From positions 1 to 64,000 of IMG/VR virus record IMGVR_UViG_3300042352_000969: a DNA stretch of 64,000 bases; one strand, given 5' to 3'. The number at the start of each line of letters is the position of its first letter. The first letter of the stretch is position 1. The DNA comes from a virus (taxonomy: Duplodnaviria > Caudoviricetes). This document shows, piece by piece, positions 11,501 to 21,215 of the stretch. The notes under the pieces were generated by a model. The model did no database searches and had not been told where the DNA came from. It saw only the letters and a list, made by a program, of their open reading frames with translations. The position numbers were made by a program, and so were the translations under genes.

Positions 11501-14500
11501 GTATTTATTCTTGATCATTTTAGTTCAAGTTATACCGTGATAATTGCTAGAGATTTATGGTTAGGATATGATACCACAGATGGTGAATGGGGTACTGGTT
11601 GGACAATGGTTAATACCACTACGATTGCTGCGTATTCTAATATAGTTTCAGCGGTTTTGAGAGTCGGACCAACATTAACTGGAACTGGCGCAAGTGGTAC
11701 ATGGAGCATAAATGTAACTGGCAATGCTGGTGGAAGTTCTGCTTCTTGTACTGGCAATTCCGCCACTACAACTTTAGCCACAAAAGCAACAAGAGCAAAC
11801 GGTAATTTTTATATTGATGATAATTATGGAAATACTGTAGTTGGTGTTTATTCTGCAAGCAGATATCAAGGCGTATTTGCGATGGGTGATTCTTATAAAT
11901 TGGCCGCTGATGGATCGACTACTGGTAGTTTATATGGTATTGCTTGGTCTCATCCAAATGCTGGTGGAGCGGCAGGTAATTTAAATACTCATGGTGCGTT
12001 AATCATGGAAAATGGTACATTCTTGGCGGCATTGTCGGGAAGTATTCGTTGTCGCGATGATATGCGTTCACCATTATTTTATGATAGTAATAATACTAAT
12101 TATTATTTAGACCCCGCAAATTCAGGTACTTCTTTGTTGGTTGCAGGAAAAGTAGGTTTAGGAACCACCAGCGCTATAAGTATGTTGGATGTAAGAGGCG
12201 CACACGCAAGCGGATATGGTATTATCAATGTAGTATCGACAGACTCTGCATTAATCGCTCTTGATAGTACGGGAGCAAGAGATCATGGCATAAGATTGAA
12301 ATATAATGGAGTTGATAAATGGTTAGTTGGAATGAGAGATACCAATGAAAGTTATTCTTTTTCCAACTCTTCTGATACAAGGCTAGTCACTATCTTGCAA
12401 GGTGGTAATGTTGGTATAGGTACAGCAAGTCCTTCACAAAAATTACATATTGTCGGAACAGCTTATTCTGATACTGATTTTCGCGCTCCTATTTTCTATG
12501 ATAGTAATAATACTGCTTATTATATTGATGGCGCTTCTGGTAGTAAATTAAAATATTTACAAATCGATGGCGATTGGGGCAGTTCACCTTTTGGTTCTGG
12601 TCATGAAAGTTTTACCATTCGTAGCACATACGCTTCGATGGTTCAAAGACAAACAAATGGTGGTTTAGGTTATTGGTTGCATCATATAGCTAGTGATGCT
12701 GCATATTATTTATATGGTGGAAAAGGCGCTACTGATGGTAGCAGTTGGGATTGGTCTTACAAAGCTTATCCAAATCAAGACGGTAGTTATGTAGAATTTA
12801 GAACTAGCGCCCGCGCACCTCTTTTTTATGATAGTAATGATACTGCTTATTATGTTGATCCAAATGGCACAAGCTCTTTATACAATTTAAGTTTAGTTGG
12901 AGCTAAAAATACTTATTTAATAATTAATCCTGGAAATGGCTATGAAGCTATGGTTAGATATATTGGTGGCAGTGGAAGTGGTTGGTACGTTGGAAAAAGA
13001 ATGTCATCGCAATTAGTAGGAACAGCAGATTTTCATTTCTTTTCAGAAGCGGCGGGAGCCACAGTTGGTGGAGTAGATACTTCTGGAAATATATTTTCTA
13101 GTGGTAGCGTGAGATCACCTATATTCTATGATAGTAATAATACTGCTTATTATGTAGATCCAGCAAGTACAGGTTATTCAGCATATTTTGCTGGAGCAAT
13201 TCAAGCTACAAAAATTGGTATTGAAGATGCTGGGCTTGATTGTTATATGGAAATTACTGATGCTAATCCAACTGTTTATGGAGTAGGATATGGTGGTGAG
13301 TTTATATTCTATGGAGACAAATCTACACCCGCTTCATTTTTATATTATGGTGGAGCAACAGTAACTTACACATTACAAGCTAATTCTAGCTTAAGATCGC
13401 CTATTTTTTATGATAGTAATGATACTGGTTATTATTGCGATCCCGCCAGTAATTCTGTATTGAATGGTTTATACGTTAACGCTTATTATAATCTTTCAAA
13501 TGATTATAAAGATATAAATGTTTATGGTGATGTTAATACTTATTATGTCGTATTAATAGAAGGAAACTATCTGTATAGTTTTGGCAGGTATAGTGTTACT
13601 AGAGGTTACAACTGGACTGGACCTGATACATGGTACACCGCAAGTCATAAAGGCGGGTTAACTTTAGATTGGGAATGGTCTGGTGATACCGCTTGGGGAG
13701 GAAATGACAAAGCGATAAGAATAATTGAGTTCAATGAAAGTTATAGCACAATGGTTGCTGGATTAGGTTATCCAGTAAATGGTGGAGTTATTATATGGCT
13801 GAGAGGTGGCGGCGTTGGTGGCGCACAATATAGAATCAGAACTCCAATTGGTTCTAATGCCACAGTAACAGTGTATGATGGTGTTTCAGCAACAAATCAT
13901 TCAACATTAACTACATTTACTGCTTCCGATTCAAGTGTATTTACTACAAGAGCTAATGCAAACAACGTTTCAGCAGAAATACTCGCTAGATATCCAGTCA
14001 GAAGTGCTGCGAGTCTTTATAATGATAATAATTTAGTTGTAGATATAGGATCAGGCACTCAAACTAAATCTGGTATTTTTGCATCTGCCGCTTCAGTAAG
14101 AGCGCCAATTTTCTATGATACTGACAATACTGGATATTATTTAGATCCTGCAAGCACAAGCAACTTGAACGCTATTACCGCAGCCGGTAATATAACAGCA
14201 GCACAATATTATACTGCAAATTGGTTTAGAAGTACTACGAGTGGTAATGGTTTATATAATGAAGCAACTGGTCAGCATTTTTATTCTGATAGTGTTAATT
14301 ATTGGAATGTTGCAAGCTCTGCAAGCGCACAAGGCATAAGATTAAGAACTGGCGGTCATGCAGGAACTGTTCGTGGATATTTTTATGCAACTGATAGTAA
14401 TGATGTTGGTTTATTAAATCAAGATGGCAATTGGAGATTAAGAGTTGTCGGTGGAGATTATTCATTGGCTGATGGATCGTCCATGAGAGCGCAATTATTT

Positions 14501-16225
14501 TATGATAGTAATAATACTGCATATTATGTAGATCCCGCAGGTACAAGTGTGATGAATCAAATTAACCTTGCTGGAGTATTAAGAAGAACAGCTTCTGCGG
14601 CAGGATACCTTGAAGGTAACTATCCAACAGGGGTAGATGGTAATAGTTCATCAGCAATTTATACAATTGGCGGTGGATATCAACCAGCAGCAACAAATCT
14701 TGGAAATATGTATGGTTGTGGATATACTGTAGGTAATGGTACTGCAAATCCAGGTCTTGGTGCTACAGGATGGGGATTCTATGTTGCTGGTGGTGGAGTT
14801 TCAAGAATATTCTTGGATTCTGAAGGTGGATATGGAATTGCATCAAGTTCTTGGAGAGCGCCTATATTCTATGATAGTAATAATACAGCATATTATACAG
14901 ATCCAGCAAGCACAAGTAATTTACTTGGTCTAACTGTAACCAATACAATTACCGGAAGTATTACAGGTAATGCTGGTGGAAGTTCTGCTTCTTGTACTGG
15001 TAATGCTGCAACAGCAACTAGAACAAGTGGTCAATCTGGATATCCACATGCTGGAACAGGTATGTGGGCATTCTATAACTGGGGTGGTAATGATGGCGGA
15101 ACATCTGCGCCATCAGCAAGTACATACACAACAGGTCTTTCAGTTGGATCTAATCCCGGCGATCAAGCTTATGGATTCCAAATTGCTAATAACATGTGGA
15201 ATACAGGATTATGGACAAGAAATTATAATAGCAGTTTTGGAAGTTGGATTAGATTATTAGATAGTTCTAACTACGTTGGATATTCTGCATTCACTGGAAA
15301 TGTTGATGGTACTCAATTCAGAGATGCTAATGATACTGGTTATTATTTAGATCCCGCAGGGACTTCTAACTTAAACAAGTTCAGTACTTTAACCATGTCT
15401 TACAACGACATGAATCCGATGCATGTCAATTCACCTTATGTTAATAGATATAACGGTTCAGCACTATATCGTAATGGTACAATGGGTTATGGTACTGTTG
15501 ATTGTAACCACATGTTTTCTAATTGGGGTTCTGGTTTTATTGATAGTTGGTCTAGTCCAGCAAACGCACCGGGTGGTTCAACTCACTATGTCGGGTTTCA
15601 GGGTTTTCATTATAACCATCAAAATAATTCACAAGCGTATGGTTTTCAAATGCTATACGCAGGAGGGTCGGCTAATAGATTTTTTTGGAGAAGCGCTTGG
15701 CCAGATTTATTAAGTTGGGTGGAGATGATTCATACTGGCAACATTGCATCACAAACAGTAGCTTCTTGCACTGGCAATGCTGCTAATGTTACAGGAACCG
15801 TAGCAATTGCTAATGGCGGAACTGGAGCAACAACTGCTGCTGCTGCGAGAGCTAATTTAGGAATTACAACCGCTGAAACAAGTTCAAATCAATCATTAAG
15901 TGGCACAACTGGATGCACTATTGATGTTGCTGCTGCAAGCGTTCATATTCTAACATTATCAAGCGGTACAGTAATATCTAGCTTTACATATAATAATAGA
16001 AGTGCATCGCCATTAGTTAATACTGTATTAGTTGTTTTAAAATTTGCTGGATCTGCCACAATTACATGGTCAAATGTTGTTTGGTCCAACTCAACAACGC
16101 CAACATTAACAGGTGCAAATGGAAAAGCAGATGTTTACGCTTTGACATCTTACAAAGGAGGAGCAACTGGTCCTGCTTGGATAGGATCGGTAGTAGGCCA
16201 AAATATAGACAGTACAAATTTATAA
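8570..16225 (+). CDS. Modular long tail fibre protein (2551 aa) with 13 RAPIFYDSNNTAYYxDP-like hinge motifs
   Basis: Repeated R(A/S)P(I/L)FYDSN(N/D)TAYYxDP motifs, multiple GNVGIGTTSP fibre motifs, Gly/Ser/Thr/Asn-rich composition, followed by a tail-fibre assembly gene. Confidence 0.8.
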   Translation: MATLKNDTVVRSADGQATSAIVTATNIGTYGVAANSTYYVGTTQNVFNRASGAQTLTGVSIDGNAANITAYTINQNVGSGNTPSFAGINSTAMLVSYTSLTNGDDWSNSPISIRERGLVSAAQSINAYSPNLNFHWGSRISNSLWMDANGNLAWGSYSETGVPSSDGAFYAANLYASIYYDKNDTTYYLDPANTGTSLLVAGKVGIGTTSAGAAKLQINVSSAIGITINGTGGYANIISQGGHLEFYKDGTPTFAAAIGLSTPATALSNDIQFATYNGSSWSARMTIANGGNVGIGTTSPGYKLDITGDARIASAAGAGALYFGTLDPSNVYLKVDNNYDLTLAQNASSGNGLYLAGAGNVYVSIDSNNNATADAFIVQNNAIKAGTELFRVQENGVVTASSDFRAPIFYDSNNTAYYCDPASTSVLAVLQATRINFGATGSTPYTSAAGEGFGNGITFGGDDNSAYYRIFTGMENVGGNYSKLTLNWHTGIRIGAYINYGGVRFYNNSVGQGGTEIFSVGNLDSNVRVVNNLIVNGITINQERANNARMYGAGTGAFGLLGLDSAGSFRWQVYGESGNYGFLDSTWGAWDIKKVPNGELDLRVSSANVRVLNAGNYSGYSAFTASLTSTVDARAPIFYDSNDTAYYVNPNSSSNLNTLSMVGTITGALDSTISFAGGACTAASYNYILSGANDGGNKLVIFVNGTTRSADGGVNALTIRNDGGTFVLGYAPYLTSILGSSVTINGNVALHAGNYGGYSAFSGSISSGGNITATGYVNVNSYVYSATYLQTGGNLIYPSSYSSTQRLEVGNSANNNWIDGLTIAPGGTVTAPDNMRSPIFYDSNDTAFYGDFASTSVLNRLNYQQLRRNFASTVYTGTAGSRTVKTFSGVLVGGSAIGGNSAYTVIETTIPQGAYQMGGFTIKWFENYSSTNAKTSIEIAGYWNPVSNGGFIGFEYTTSNPNVQPTIRVGANASGNTVFILDHFSSSYTVIIARDLWLGYDTTDGEWGTGWTMVNTTTIAAYSNIVSAVLRVGPTLTGTGASGTWSINVTGNAGGSSASCTGNSATTTLATKATRANGNFYIDDNYGNTVVGVYSASRYQGVFAMGDSYKLAADGSTTGSLYGIAWSHPNAGGAAGNLNTHGALIMENGTFLAALSGSIRCRDDMRSPLFYDSNNTNYYLDPANSGTSLLVAGKVGLGTTSAISMLDVRGAHASGYGIINVVSTDSALIALDSTGARDHGIRLKYNGVDKWLVGMRDTNESYSFSNSSDTRLVTILQGGNVGIGTASPSQKLHIVGTAYSDTDFRAPIFYDSNNTAYYIDGASGSKLKYLQIDGDWGSSPFGSGHESFTIRSTYASMVQRQTNGGLGYWLHHIASDAAYYLYGGKGATDGSSWDWSYKAYPNQDGSYVEFRTSARAPLFYDSNDTAYYVDPNGTSSLYNLSLVGAKNTYLIINPGNGYEAMVRYIGGSGSGWYVGKRMSSQLVGTADFHFFSEAAGATVGGVDTSGNIFSSGSVRSPIFYDSNNTAYYVDPASTGYSAYFAGAIQATKIGIEDAGLDCYMEITDANPTVYGVGYGGEFIFYGDKSTPASFLYYGGATVTYTLQANSSLRSPIFYDSNDTGYYCDPASNSVLNGLYVNAYYNLSNDYKDINVYGDVNTYYVVLIEGNYLYSFGRYSVTRGYNWTGPDTWYTASHKGGLTLDWEWSGDTAWGGNDKAIRIIEFNESYSTMVAGLGYPVNGGVIIWLRGGGVGGAQYRIRTPIGSNATVTVYDGVSATNHSTLTTFTASDSSVFTTRANANNVSAEILARYPVRSAASLYNDNNLVVDIGSGTQTKSGIFASAASVRAPIFYDTDNTGYYLDPASTSNLNAITAAGNITAAQYYTANWFRSTTSGNGLYNEATGQHFYSDSVNYWNVASSASAQGIRLRTGGHAGTVRGYFYATDSNDVGLLNQDGNWRLRVVGGDYSLADGSSMRAQLFYDSNNTAYYVDPAGTSVMNQINLAGVLRRTASAAGYLEGNYPTGVDGNSSSAIYTIGGGYQPAATNLGNMYGCGYTVGNGTANPGLGATGWGFYVAGGGVSRIFLDSEGGYGIASSSWRAPIFYDSNNTAYYTDPASTSNLLGLTVTNTITGSITGNAGGSSASCTGNAATATRTSGQSGYPHAGTGMWAFYNWGGNDGGTSAPSASTYTTGLSVGSNPGDQAYGFQIANNMWNTGLWTRNYNSSFGSWIRLLDSSNYVGYSAFTGNVDGTQFRDANDTGYYLDPAGTSNLNKFSTLTMSYNDMNPMHVNSPYVNRYNGSALYRNGTMGYGTVDCNHMFSNWGSGFIDSWSSPANAPGGSTHYVGFQGFHYNHQNNSQAYGFQMLYAGGSANRFFWRSAWPDLLSWVEMIHTGNIASQTVASCTGNAANVTGTVAIANGGTGATTAAAARANLGITTAETSSNQSLSGTTGCTIDVAAASVHILTLSSGTVISSFTYNNRSASPLVNTVLVVLKFAGSATITWSNVVWSNSTTPTLTGANGKADVYALTSYKGGATGPAWIGSVVGQNIDSTNL

Positions 16226-16229
16226 CAAT

Positions 16230-17063
16230 ATGATATCATCAATAACAAGAGGATCTTCTCCGTTCGCTTTACCATATATAACTCCTACGCCTACAATAAG
16301 ATATGATTTTACTTTAGGTTATGGAGCAAATGGAAATCTTATAAGAGATTTAAGTGGTAATTCAAATAATGGAACCGCTAGTGGTTCTACTAGCGTTTAC
16401 GGAAGTAGCCCTATTCCTTATGTTATATCTGATAATTGGTTACCAAATCGAAACAGTGGAGTTTTAAATTTGACTAATTCTGGCGACTTTAGTGTATATT
16501 CAAATATAGTTGGCCCTGATGGATTAACAAATAGCGATACTTGGTCTTTAAATATAGCTTTTCTTGTGAAATCATTTTATTTTAACATAGGCAATGCTAA
16601 TAATGCAATAATAGGAATGTCATATCCTGATAACCAGACTAATGTGGAATATGATAGATGGAGTTTATCGTTGCATTATCCGTTTGGTGGTTATTATTAT
16701 TTAAGTTTTAATAGATCTGATAATTCGGGAAGTTCAGTAAGCGAGGGTACATATAGCGTATCTCTAAATAAATGGTATATGGTTAGTTTGACGAATAATT
16801 ATGCGGGTGCGCCAACTTATGGATCTACAATATTTAAAATATGGAAACCAAATGATACTGTAGAAAATGTAAGCGCGCTTTACAGTCGTAAAACGTCAGT
16901 TAACTCAGGTAAATTATTGATAACTAGCCAAATTTATGGTTTTGCACAACCAGCCGCAAGTATACAATTAGGACACGTACTTTGGTGGAATGGGACGGCA
17001 TTAACTGACGAGCAACACAATACAGTAGCTTCTGCATATAAAGCTAAATATGGAATTTTATGA
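16230..17063 (+). CDS. Concanavalin A-like lectin/glucanase (LamG-like) domain virion protein
   Basis: YDF...NLIRDLSGNSNNGT start motif, NKWYMVSLT strand and C-terminal LWWNGTALTDEQHNTVASAYKAKYG are typical of phage LamG-like domains. Confidence 0.6.
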   Translation: MISSITRGSSPFALPYITPTPTIRYDFTLGYGANGNLIRDLSGNSNNGTASGSTSVYGSSPIPYVISDNWLPNRNSGVLNLTNSGDFSVYSNIVGPDGLTNSDTWSLNIAFLVKSFYFNIGNANNAIIGMSYPDNQTNVEYDRWSLSLHYPFGGYYYLSFNRSDNSGSSVSEGTYSVSLNKWYMVSLTNNYAGAPTYGSTIFKIWKPNDTVENVSALYSRKTSVNSGKLLITSQIYGFAQPAASIQLGHVLWWNGTALTDEQHNTVASAYKAKYGIL

Positions 17064-17620
17064 ATAAATATTTTTTAATTAAAAAAACATTAGATAATAC
17101 ATTTACAATAATTAACGGCCCTGACTATTTGCCGCAAACATTTGGTCCAACAAGTGGCTTTAATAATTTAGAAACCAATGCGCCAGAATTGTTGCCAGAT
17201 TTATCTTGGCAAGAAAATCCTGATTTAGGTTTTTGGCTCGCTATTTTTGACGATAAGCCAATTTGTAATATTGATCAAAAGATCATAGAAAACTATGTAA
17301 TAAACTCTAATACAAAAACTTGTCGAGTGTCTTATGCTGTAGAAAGTATATCGCCAAGCGAGTCAGATATTCGCAGAGAAAACTTCAAACAGCAAATCAG
17401 ATTCACAAGAGATAAATATTTGTCTTTAACTGATTTCACGCAATTAAGCGATGCGCCAATTTCTGATGCTGTTAAAAATGATTTTAAAATTTTTAGACAA
17501 CAATTAAGAAGTATGCTTGACATAGCTGATATCACTCAAGCTGTTTGGCCCACGATTCCAACTTCTGCTCCTAACATTTCTTTACCACTATTTCCTCCAA
17601 TGCCAAGCTTTAATGCTTAA
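17060..17620 (+). CDS. Tail fibre assembly chaperone
   Basis: C-terminal IRFTRDKYLSLTDFTQLSDAP...FRQQLRSM...VWPTIP matches the Phage_tail_APC-type motif; it lies downstream of the fibre genes. Confidence 0.75.
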   Translation: MNKYFLIKKTLDNTFTIINGPDYLPQTFGPTSGFNNLETNAPELLPDLSWQENPDLGFWLAIFDDKPICNIDQKIIENYVINSNTKTCRVSYAVESISPSESDIRRENFKQQIRFTRDKYLSLTDFTQLSDAPISDAVKNDFKIFRQQLRSMLDIADITQAVWPTIPTSAPNISLPLFPPMPSFNA

Positions 17621-17640
17621 GTTTTTTATATATAATAGTC

Positions 17641-18270
17641 ATGGGTTATTCTTATGACTATTATTCTCAAATTTGTTTTTTGCTAAGAGACAAAGGATTT
17701 TATCCTAAAAATATATTAGATATCGGTGCAAGTGTCTGCCAAACGGCAGACATTATGCGCCAAATCTGGCCTGTCGCAAACATATTATTATTCGAAGGAA
17801 ACGCTGAGTGCGAAAAGTTATACCAGAAACAACTTTACGATTATCAAATAAAATTGCTTGGTAAAATCAACGGCACAACTAAATTCTATAAAACAAAATG
17901 GAGTCCAATTTGTTCTGGCAATTCTATATACAAAGAAAACTCACAAACATACAATGACGAAAATTTGATCGTTGAAGAGTTACCGATTTATAGATTAGAT
18001 GATTGTGTAAAAGATATTTACGATCTTATAAAAATAGACACTCAAGGTAGTGAATTAGATATTATAGAAGGCGGTATAAATACTTTTAAAAACGCTAAAG
18101 TTGTTATCGCCGAAGTGTCTTTTAATAATTATAATGAAGGCGGCTGCAATAAAGATCAAATATTAAACAAAATGTTTGATCTAAAATTTGATTATATTAT
18201 GCCAGTCGAAACAGTTATGAACGATAAGAACGAATTGATTGCCGAAAGTCTATTATTTATTAGACCTTAA
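17641..18270 (+). CDS. FkbM family SAM-dependent methyltransferase
   Basis: ILDIGASVCQ (motif I), LLFEGN, RLDD, DLIKIDTQGSELDIIEGG. Confidence 0.9.
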   Translation: MGYSYDYYSQICFLLRDKGFYPKNILDIGASVCQTADIMRQIWPVANILLFEGNAECEKLYQKQLYDYQIKLLGKINGTTKFYKTKWSPICSGNSIYKENSQTYNDENLIVEELPIYRLDDCVKDIYDLIKIDTQGSELDIIEGGINTFKNAKVVIAEVSFNNYNEGGCNKDQILNKMFDLKFDYIMPVETVMNDKNELIAESLLFIRP

Positions 18271-19229
18271 ATCAATACTTTCTTCCACCATTTAATAACC
18301 ATCTTTGGGCGGAAGTTTCGCGGCGTTTCATTTAAGCTTGAATAAGTTTTAAACATATTAATGTATTCTTGCATGTCGGTGGTGAGATTTTTATTATTTA
18401 TTAATTCAGATAAACTTCCTAGACCGTTTATACCATAAACAAATGGGGTCGTCTTTAATATGTCGGCTAGTACAACGCTTATGCCAAAAGTCTCAGGCAT
18501 AGTATTGACATAAAACATGCCGCGACATTTCGCCATCAGTTCTATAACTTCTTTGAACTTCAAAGTTCCAAGATAATTGATTCCATAATCTTTTTCGCTT
18601 ATGTCTTGGGTCGGATTGTCGTATCCCGGCAAACACACATTCAATACATCAGTTTTACTAAGTAGTTTTTCATTTTTTAAATATTTCCATAATGGTAATG
18701 TGGATGAATATCCTTTCATTAAACTACTGGCGTATATATAATCTTTCTTGTTCTCTGGTATAGAATACTCATATACCCAATCAGGTATCATAAAATAAAT
18801 TACATGCTTGTCCCAAGACTTTGGAAACAAATCGTTATGAAAATTACTGAGTGTAATTAAAGTTAGTTTCTTTTCTTCAAATAGCTTATAGAATTTTAGA
18901 TTATGAACGCCATTCAAATCGGTTGCCCACATGAATGCTTTTTTGTGAGCGATTTTAGGAATTTCGCTATACCTATGGATTATTAAATTCTTGCACTTGA
19001 ATTTATAACTATCAACCAACTTGTTTGGCGCATACAATACTCCATTTACAAAAGATTCTTTATTAGAATTGTTTAGGCATATAACTTTATATCCTTCTTT
19101 AGCTAACTCTTCAAGAAGTAAAATGGCTTGAAACTCGCTGCCGCCCATTCCACATTTGTGCATGGTGTTTCCATCGTATGGAGAGCCTATGCTATCAAAT
19201 AAAATAACGTCTGCGTAAATATCCGTCAT
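18267..19229 (-). CDS. Glycosyltransferase, GT-B fold (GT4-like)
   Basis: GMGGSEFQ N-terminal motif, KDYIYASSLMKG, INYLGTL, YVNTMPETFGISVVLA (E-x7 region). Confidence 0.75.
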   Translation of the reverse strand: MTDIYADVILFDSIGSPYDGNTMHKCGMGGSEFQAILLLEELAKEGYKVICLNNSNKESFVNGVLYAPNKLVDSYKFKCKNLIIHRYSEIPKIAHKKAFMWATDLNGVHNLKFYKLFEEKKLTLITLSNFHNDLFPKSWDKHVIYFMIPDWVYEYSIPENKKDYIYASSLMKGYSSTLPLWKYLKNEKLLSKTDVLNVCLPGYDNPTQDISEKDYGINYLGTLKFKEVIELMAKCRGMFYVNTMPETFGISVVLADILKTTPFVYGINGLGSLSELINNKNLTTDMQEYINMFKTYSSLNETPRNFRPKMVIKWWKKVLI

Positions 19230-19990
19230 ACAAGAACTTTAAAATCATCTTCATCATTATTCTTTACAAAATACTTAGACAGATCGGTTGCTGGTTGTGG
19301 ATTGAAGGTGTTTTGATTTTTAAAAGAGTTGATCCATTTACCAACGTCTCCTACGAACGTCTTCGCGCCTGTGTGCGAACATGTGATGTTAGTATCGAGA
19401 TAAATGCTATTACCAAGATTGCGCCACTTCTTACACATATAAATATCTTCGCTGATAAGATCGCCGTCTTCACAAACAACTTCAAACACCATTCGTGTGT
19501 CACCTTTTTCTGAGGTATACGGTTTGGAAATCTCCCATAAATCGTTCATAGCTTTGCGAGAAATTTTCATGAATCCGCAACCTAAACCCGCCACTTCAAG
19601 AATGCCGTCTTTATCAACGCTTAAATTTAATTTAGAATTATCTTTATCAAGAGCTTTCACAACGTAAAGTTCTTCGTTGTCGGTCTTCTTTCTATAAGAT
19701 CCGCCGATAATATCTTTGTCGCTTTTCACCAGCTTGTAAAAATCTTGAGGATTCCAACCTACATCACCATCAATAAAAAACAAATTATCAATATCGTTAC
19801 TATAAGCAAGTTTAAACAAATCATTTCGCGCACGTTGAATAAGAGAGTCGTAACAAATAAACAATGGATATACTTCTACATTATTCTTTTCAGCTAATGA
19901 TAAAGTGTTTAGAAGTGAGTCGATATAATAAACATCCAGTTTGCCGTCGTAAGATGGAGTTGCGATTAATACTTTCTTTTTTTTAACCAT
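19226..19990 (-). CDS. Glycosyltransferase, GT-A fold (GT2-like, phage type)
   Basis: VLIATPSYDG, SLIQRARNDL, FFIDGDVGW (DxD), GLGCGFMKISR, SEDIYMC, SHTG. Confidence 0.8.
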   Translation of the reverse strand: MVKKKKVLIATPSYDGKLDVYYIDSLLNTLSLAEKNNVEVYPLFICYDSLIQRARNDLFKLAYSNDIDNLFFIDGDVGWNPQDFYKLVKSDKDIIGGSYRKKTDNEELYVVKALDKDNSKLNLSVDKDGILEVAGLGCGFMKISRKAMNDLWEISKPYTSEKGDTRMVFEVVCEDGDLISEDIYMCKKWRNLGNSIYLDTNITCSHTGAKTFVGDVGKWINSFKNQNTFNPQPATDLSKYFVKNNDEDDFKVLV

Positions 19991-20023
19991 AAAAAAACCT
20001 CAAGAACAATATGTCCTTGAGGT
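19991..20023 (-). terminator. Intrinsic terminator-like hairpin directly before the GT2-like start codon
   Basis: Minus strand reads ACCTCAAG-GACA-TAT-TGTT-CTTGAGGT-TTTTTT-ATG: a 12-bp stem (one G.U pair) followed by a U-tract. Confidence 0.6.
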
Positions 20024-20058
20024 ATTTTATGTTTTTTTGGTATTGTTTTCTACAGTTA

Positions 20059-20340
20059 TTATCGTGTCAAAGCGGGAGGATATTCTGCCATTACTAGAGT
20101 AACGATGGCGGCAGACAATTGGGTGTCCGTCCATTGACCAGCTTGATCATATGTATCTCCAGACCATACTGTATACCAGTTATGAGCGTAAGGAGTGGTT
20201 GATATCTTTACCAAACTCTTTACAGTCTTACCGATTGGGTCGTCTGTGGTTTGAAGGATTTCGATTTGACTGGTATTAGCAGCTTGTTGAATTTCTACAG
20301 CACTTGGTAGATTGATAATTGGGAATGTTGGGTCGCTCAT
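20059..20340 (-). CDS. Hypothetical protein (93 aa), possibly fibre-associated
   Basis: Clean ORF with an upstream GTGTAA motif; WSGDTYDQAGQWTD motif; function not recognisable. Confidence 0.55.
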   Translation of the reverse strand: MSDPTFPIINLPSAVEIQQAANTSQIEILQTTDDPIGKTVKSLVKISTTPYAHNWYTVWSGDTYDQAGQWTDTQLSAAIVTLVMAEYPPALTR

Positions 20341-20354
20341 ATTTGTATTTAATT

Positions 20355-20360
20355 TTACAC
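20355..20360 (-). promoter_or_regulatory. GTGTAA motif upstream of the 93-aa gene
   Basis: TTACAC on + strand, 14 nt from the ATG at 20340. Confidence 0.4.
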
Positions 20361-20380
20361 TATTTTTTTATGTATAGAAA

Positions 20381-21205
20381 TTAATAATCGTAACTAAAAG
20401 CTTTATAGAACCAAGAAAACTTGTTGTATATATTATCGCAGTTCTGTTTTCCAAGAATATCTATATAGTCGTTAGGCACTGGTTTGATTACTTTTTGAAT
20501 AGTATGGTCACCAAAAGGAATGTGCATACGGTCATCTTCAAAAGTCTTTTGTTCTACGTTGTTAAAGTCGTGTTGATAAAATGGTAATTCAAGATACTCG
20601 TATACTCGTTCCATTTCTCTTTGAGGATTACTGGCGAAGTTTTCAAATTTAATAAATAAACATTTTTTACTTAATTTACGCATAATAGTATCATACAATA
20701 CATCAATACTTACAGCAAGTGGCGGCGCTTGCATTAAAAAGTAATCTATTCTCTTATCAACCGTAGTGTTACGAAGTTCGTTCCAGTTCTGAAGGCCAGC
20801 ATCAATGTGCTGATATTGTCGCCACTTCTTTTCCATGCTCGCCACAACTGCTCGCAGATCGCGAACCATAACAATAACCTTTGGTTCTGGATAATACCAG
20901 TTTAGAAAATCGTATGTAACGCTCCAGCCTCTGCTCTTGTCAATAACATATTTCTTATCAGTGATGGCGTTAAAATATGCAAACATGCCTTCTTTACAAA
21001 GAGCTTTGAATGCCGGTTCAACTACATTGATGTCTTGAGCCTTAAATTCAATATTTGTAGAATAAATATTTCTAGCATTAAGGAAGATTTCAATTAATCC
21101 ACTAGTTGGTGTGGCATAAAAATCAGGATTTTGCGCCAGTACATTCTGTAACAATGTCGAACCTGCTCTCGGCAAAGAACATTGAAAAAATATCTTTTCT
21201 ACCAT
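20381..21205 (-). CDS. PAPS-dependent sulfotransferase (Sulfotransfer_3-like)
   Basis: SLPRAGSTLL (5'-PSB loop), YVIDKSR, VIVMVRDLRAVVASM (3'-PB), IKFENFASNP. Start moved to ATG 21205 (MVEKIFF) to avoid overlap with the divergent kinase. Confidence 0.88.
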   Translation of the reverse strand: MVEKIFFQCSLPRAGSTLLQNVLAQNPDFYATPTSGLIEIFLNARNIYSTNIEFKAQDINVVEPAFKALCKEGMFAYFNAITDKKYVIDKSRGWSVTYDFLNWYYPEPKVIVMVRDLRAVVASMEKKWRQYQHIDAGLQNWNELRNTTVDKRIDYFLMQAPPLAVSIDVLYDTIMRKLSKKCLFIKFENFASNPQREMERVYEYLELPFYQHDFNNVEQKTFEDDRMHIPFGDHTIQKVIKPVPNDYIDILGKQNCDNIYNKFSWFYKAFSYDY

Positions 21206-21215
21206 ACCATATAAT

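Noticed and set aside
607-15713. Numerous 60-96-aa ORFs nested in the two large fibre genes (and similar ones within the tape measure and other genes)
   Set aside because: They are off-frame or antisense by-products of repetitive or biased coding sequence, with no motifs or independent signals.
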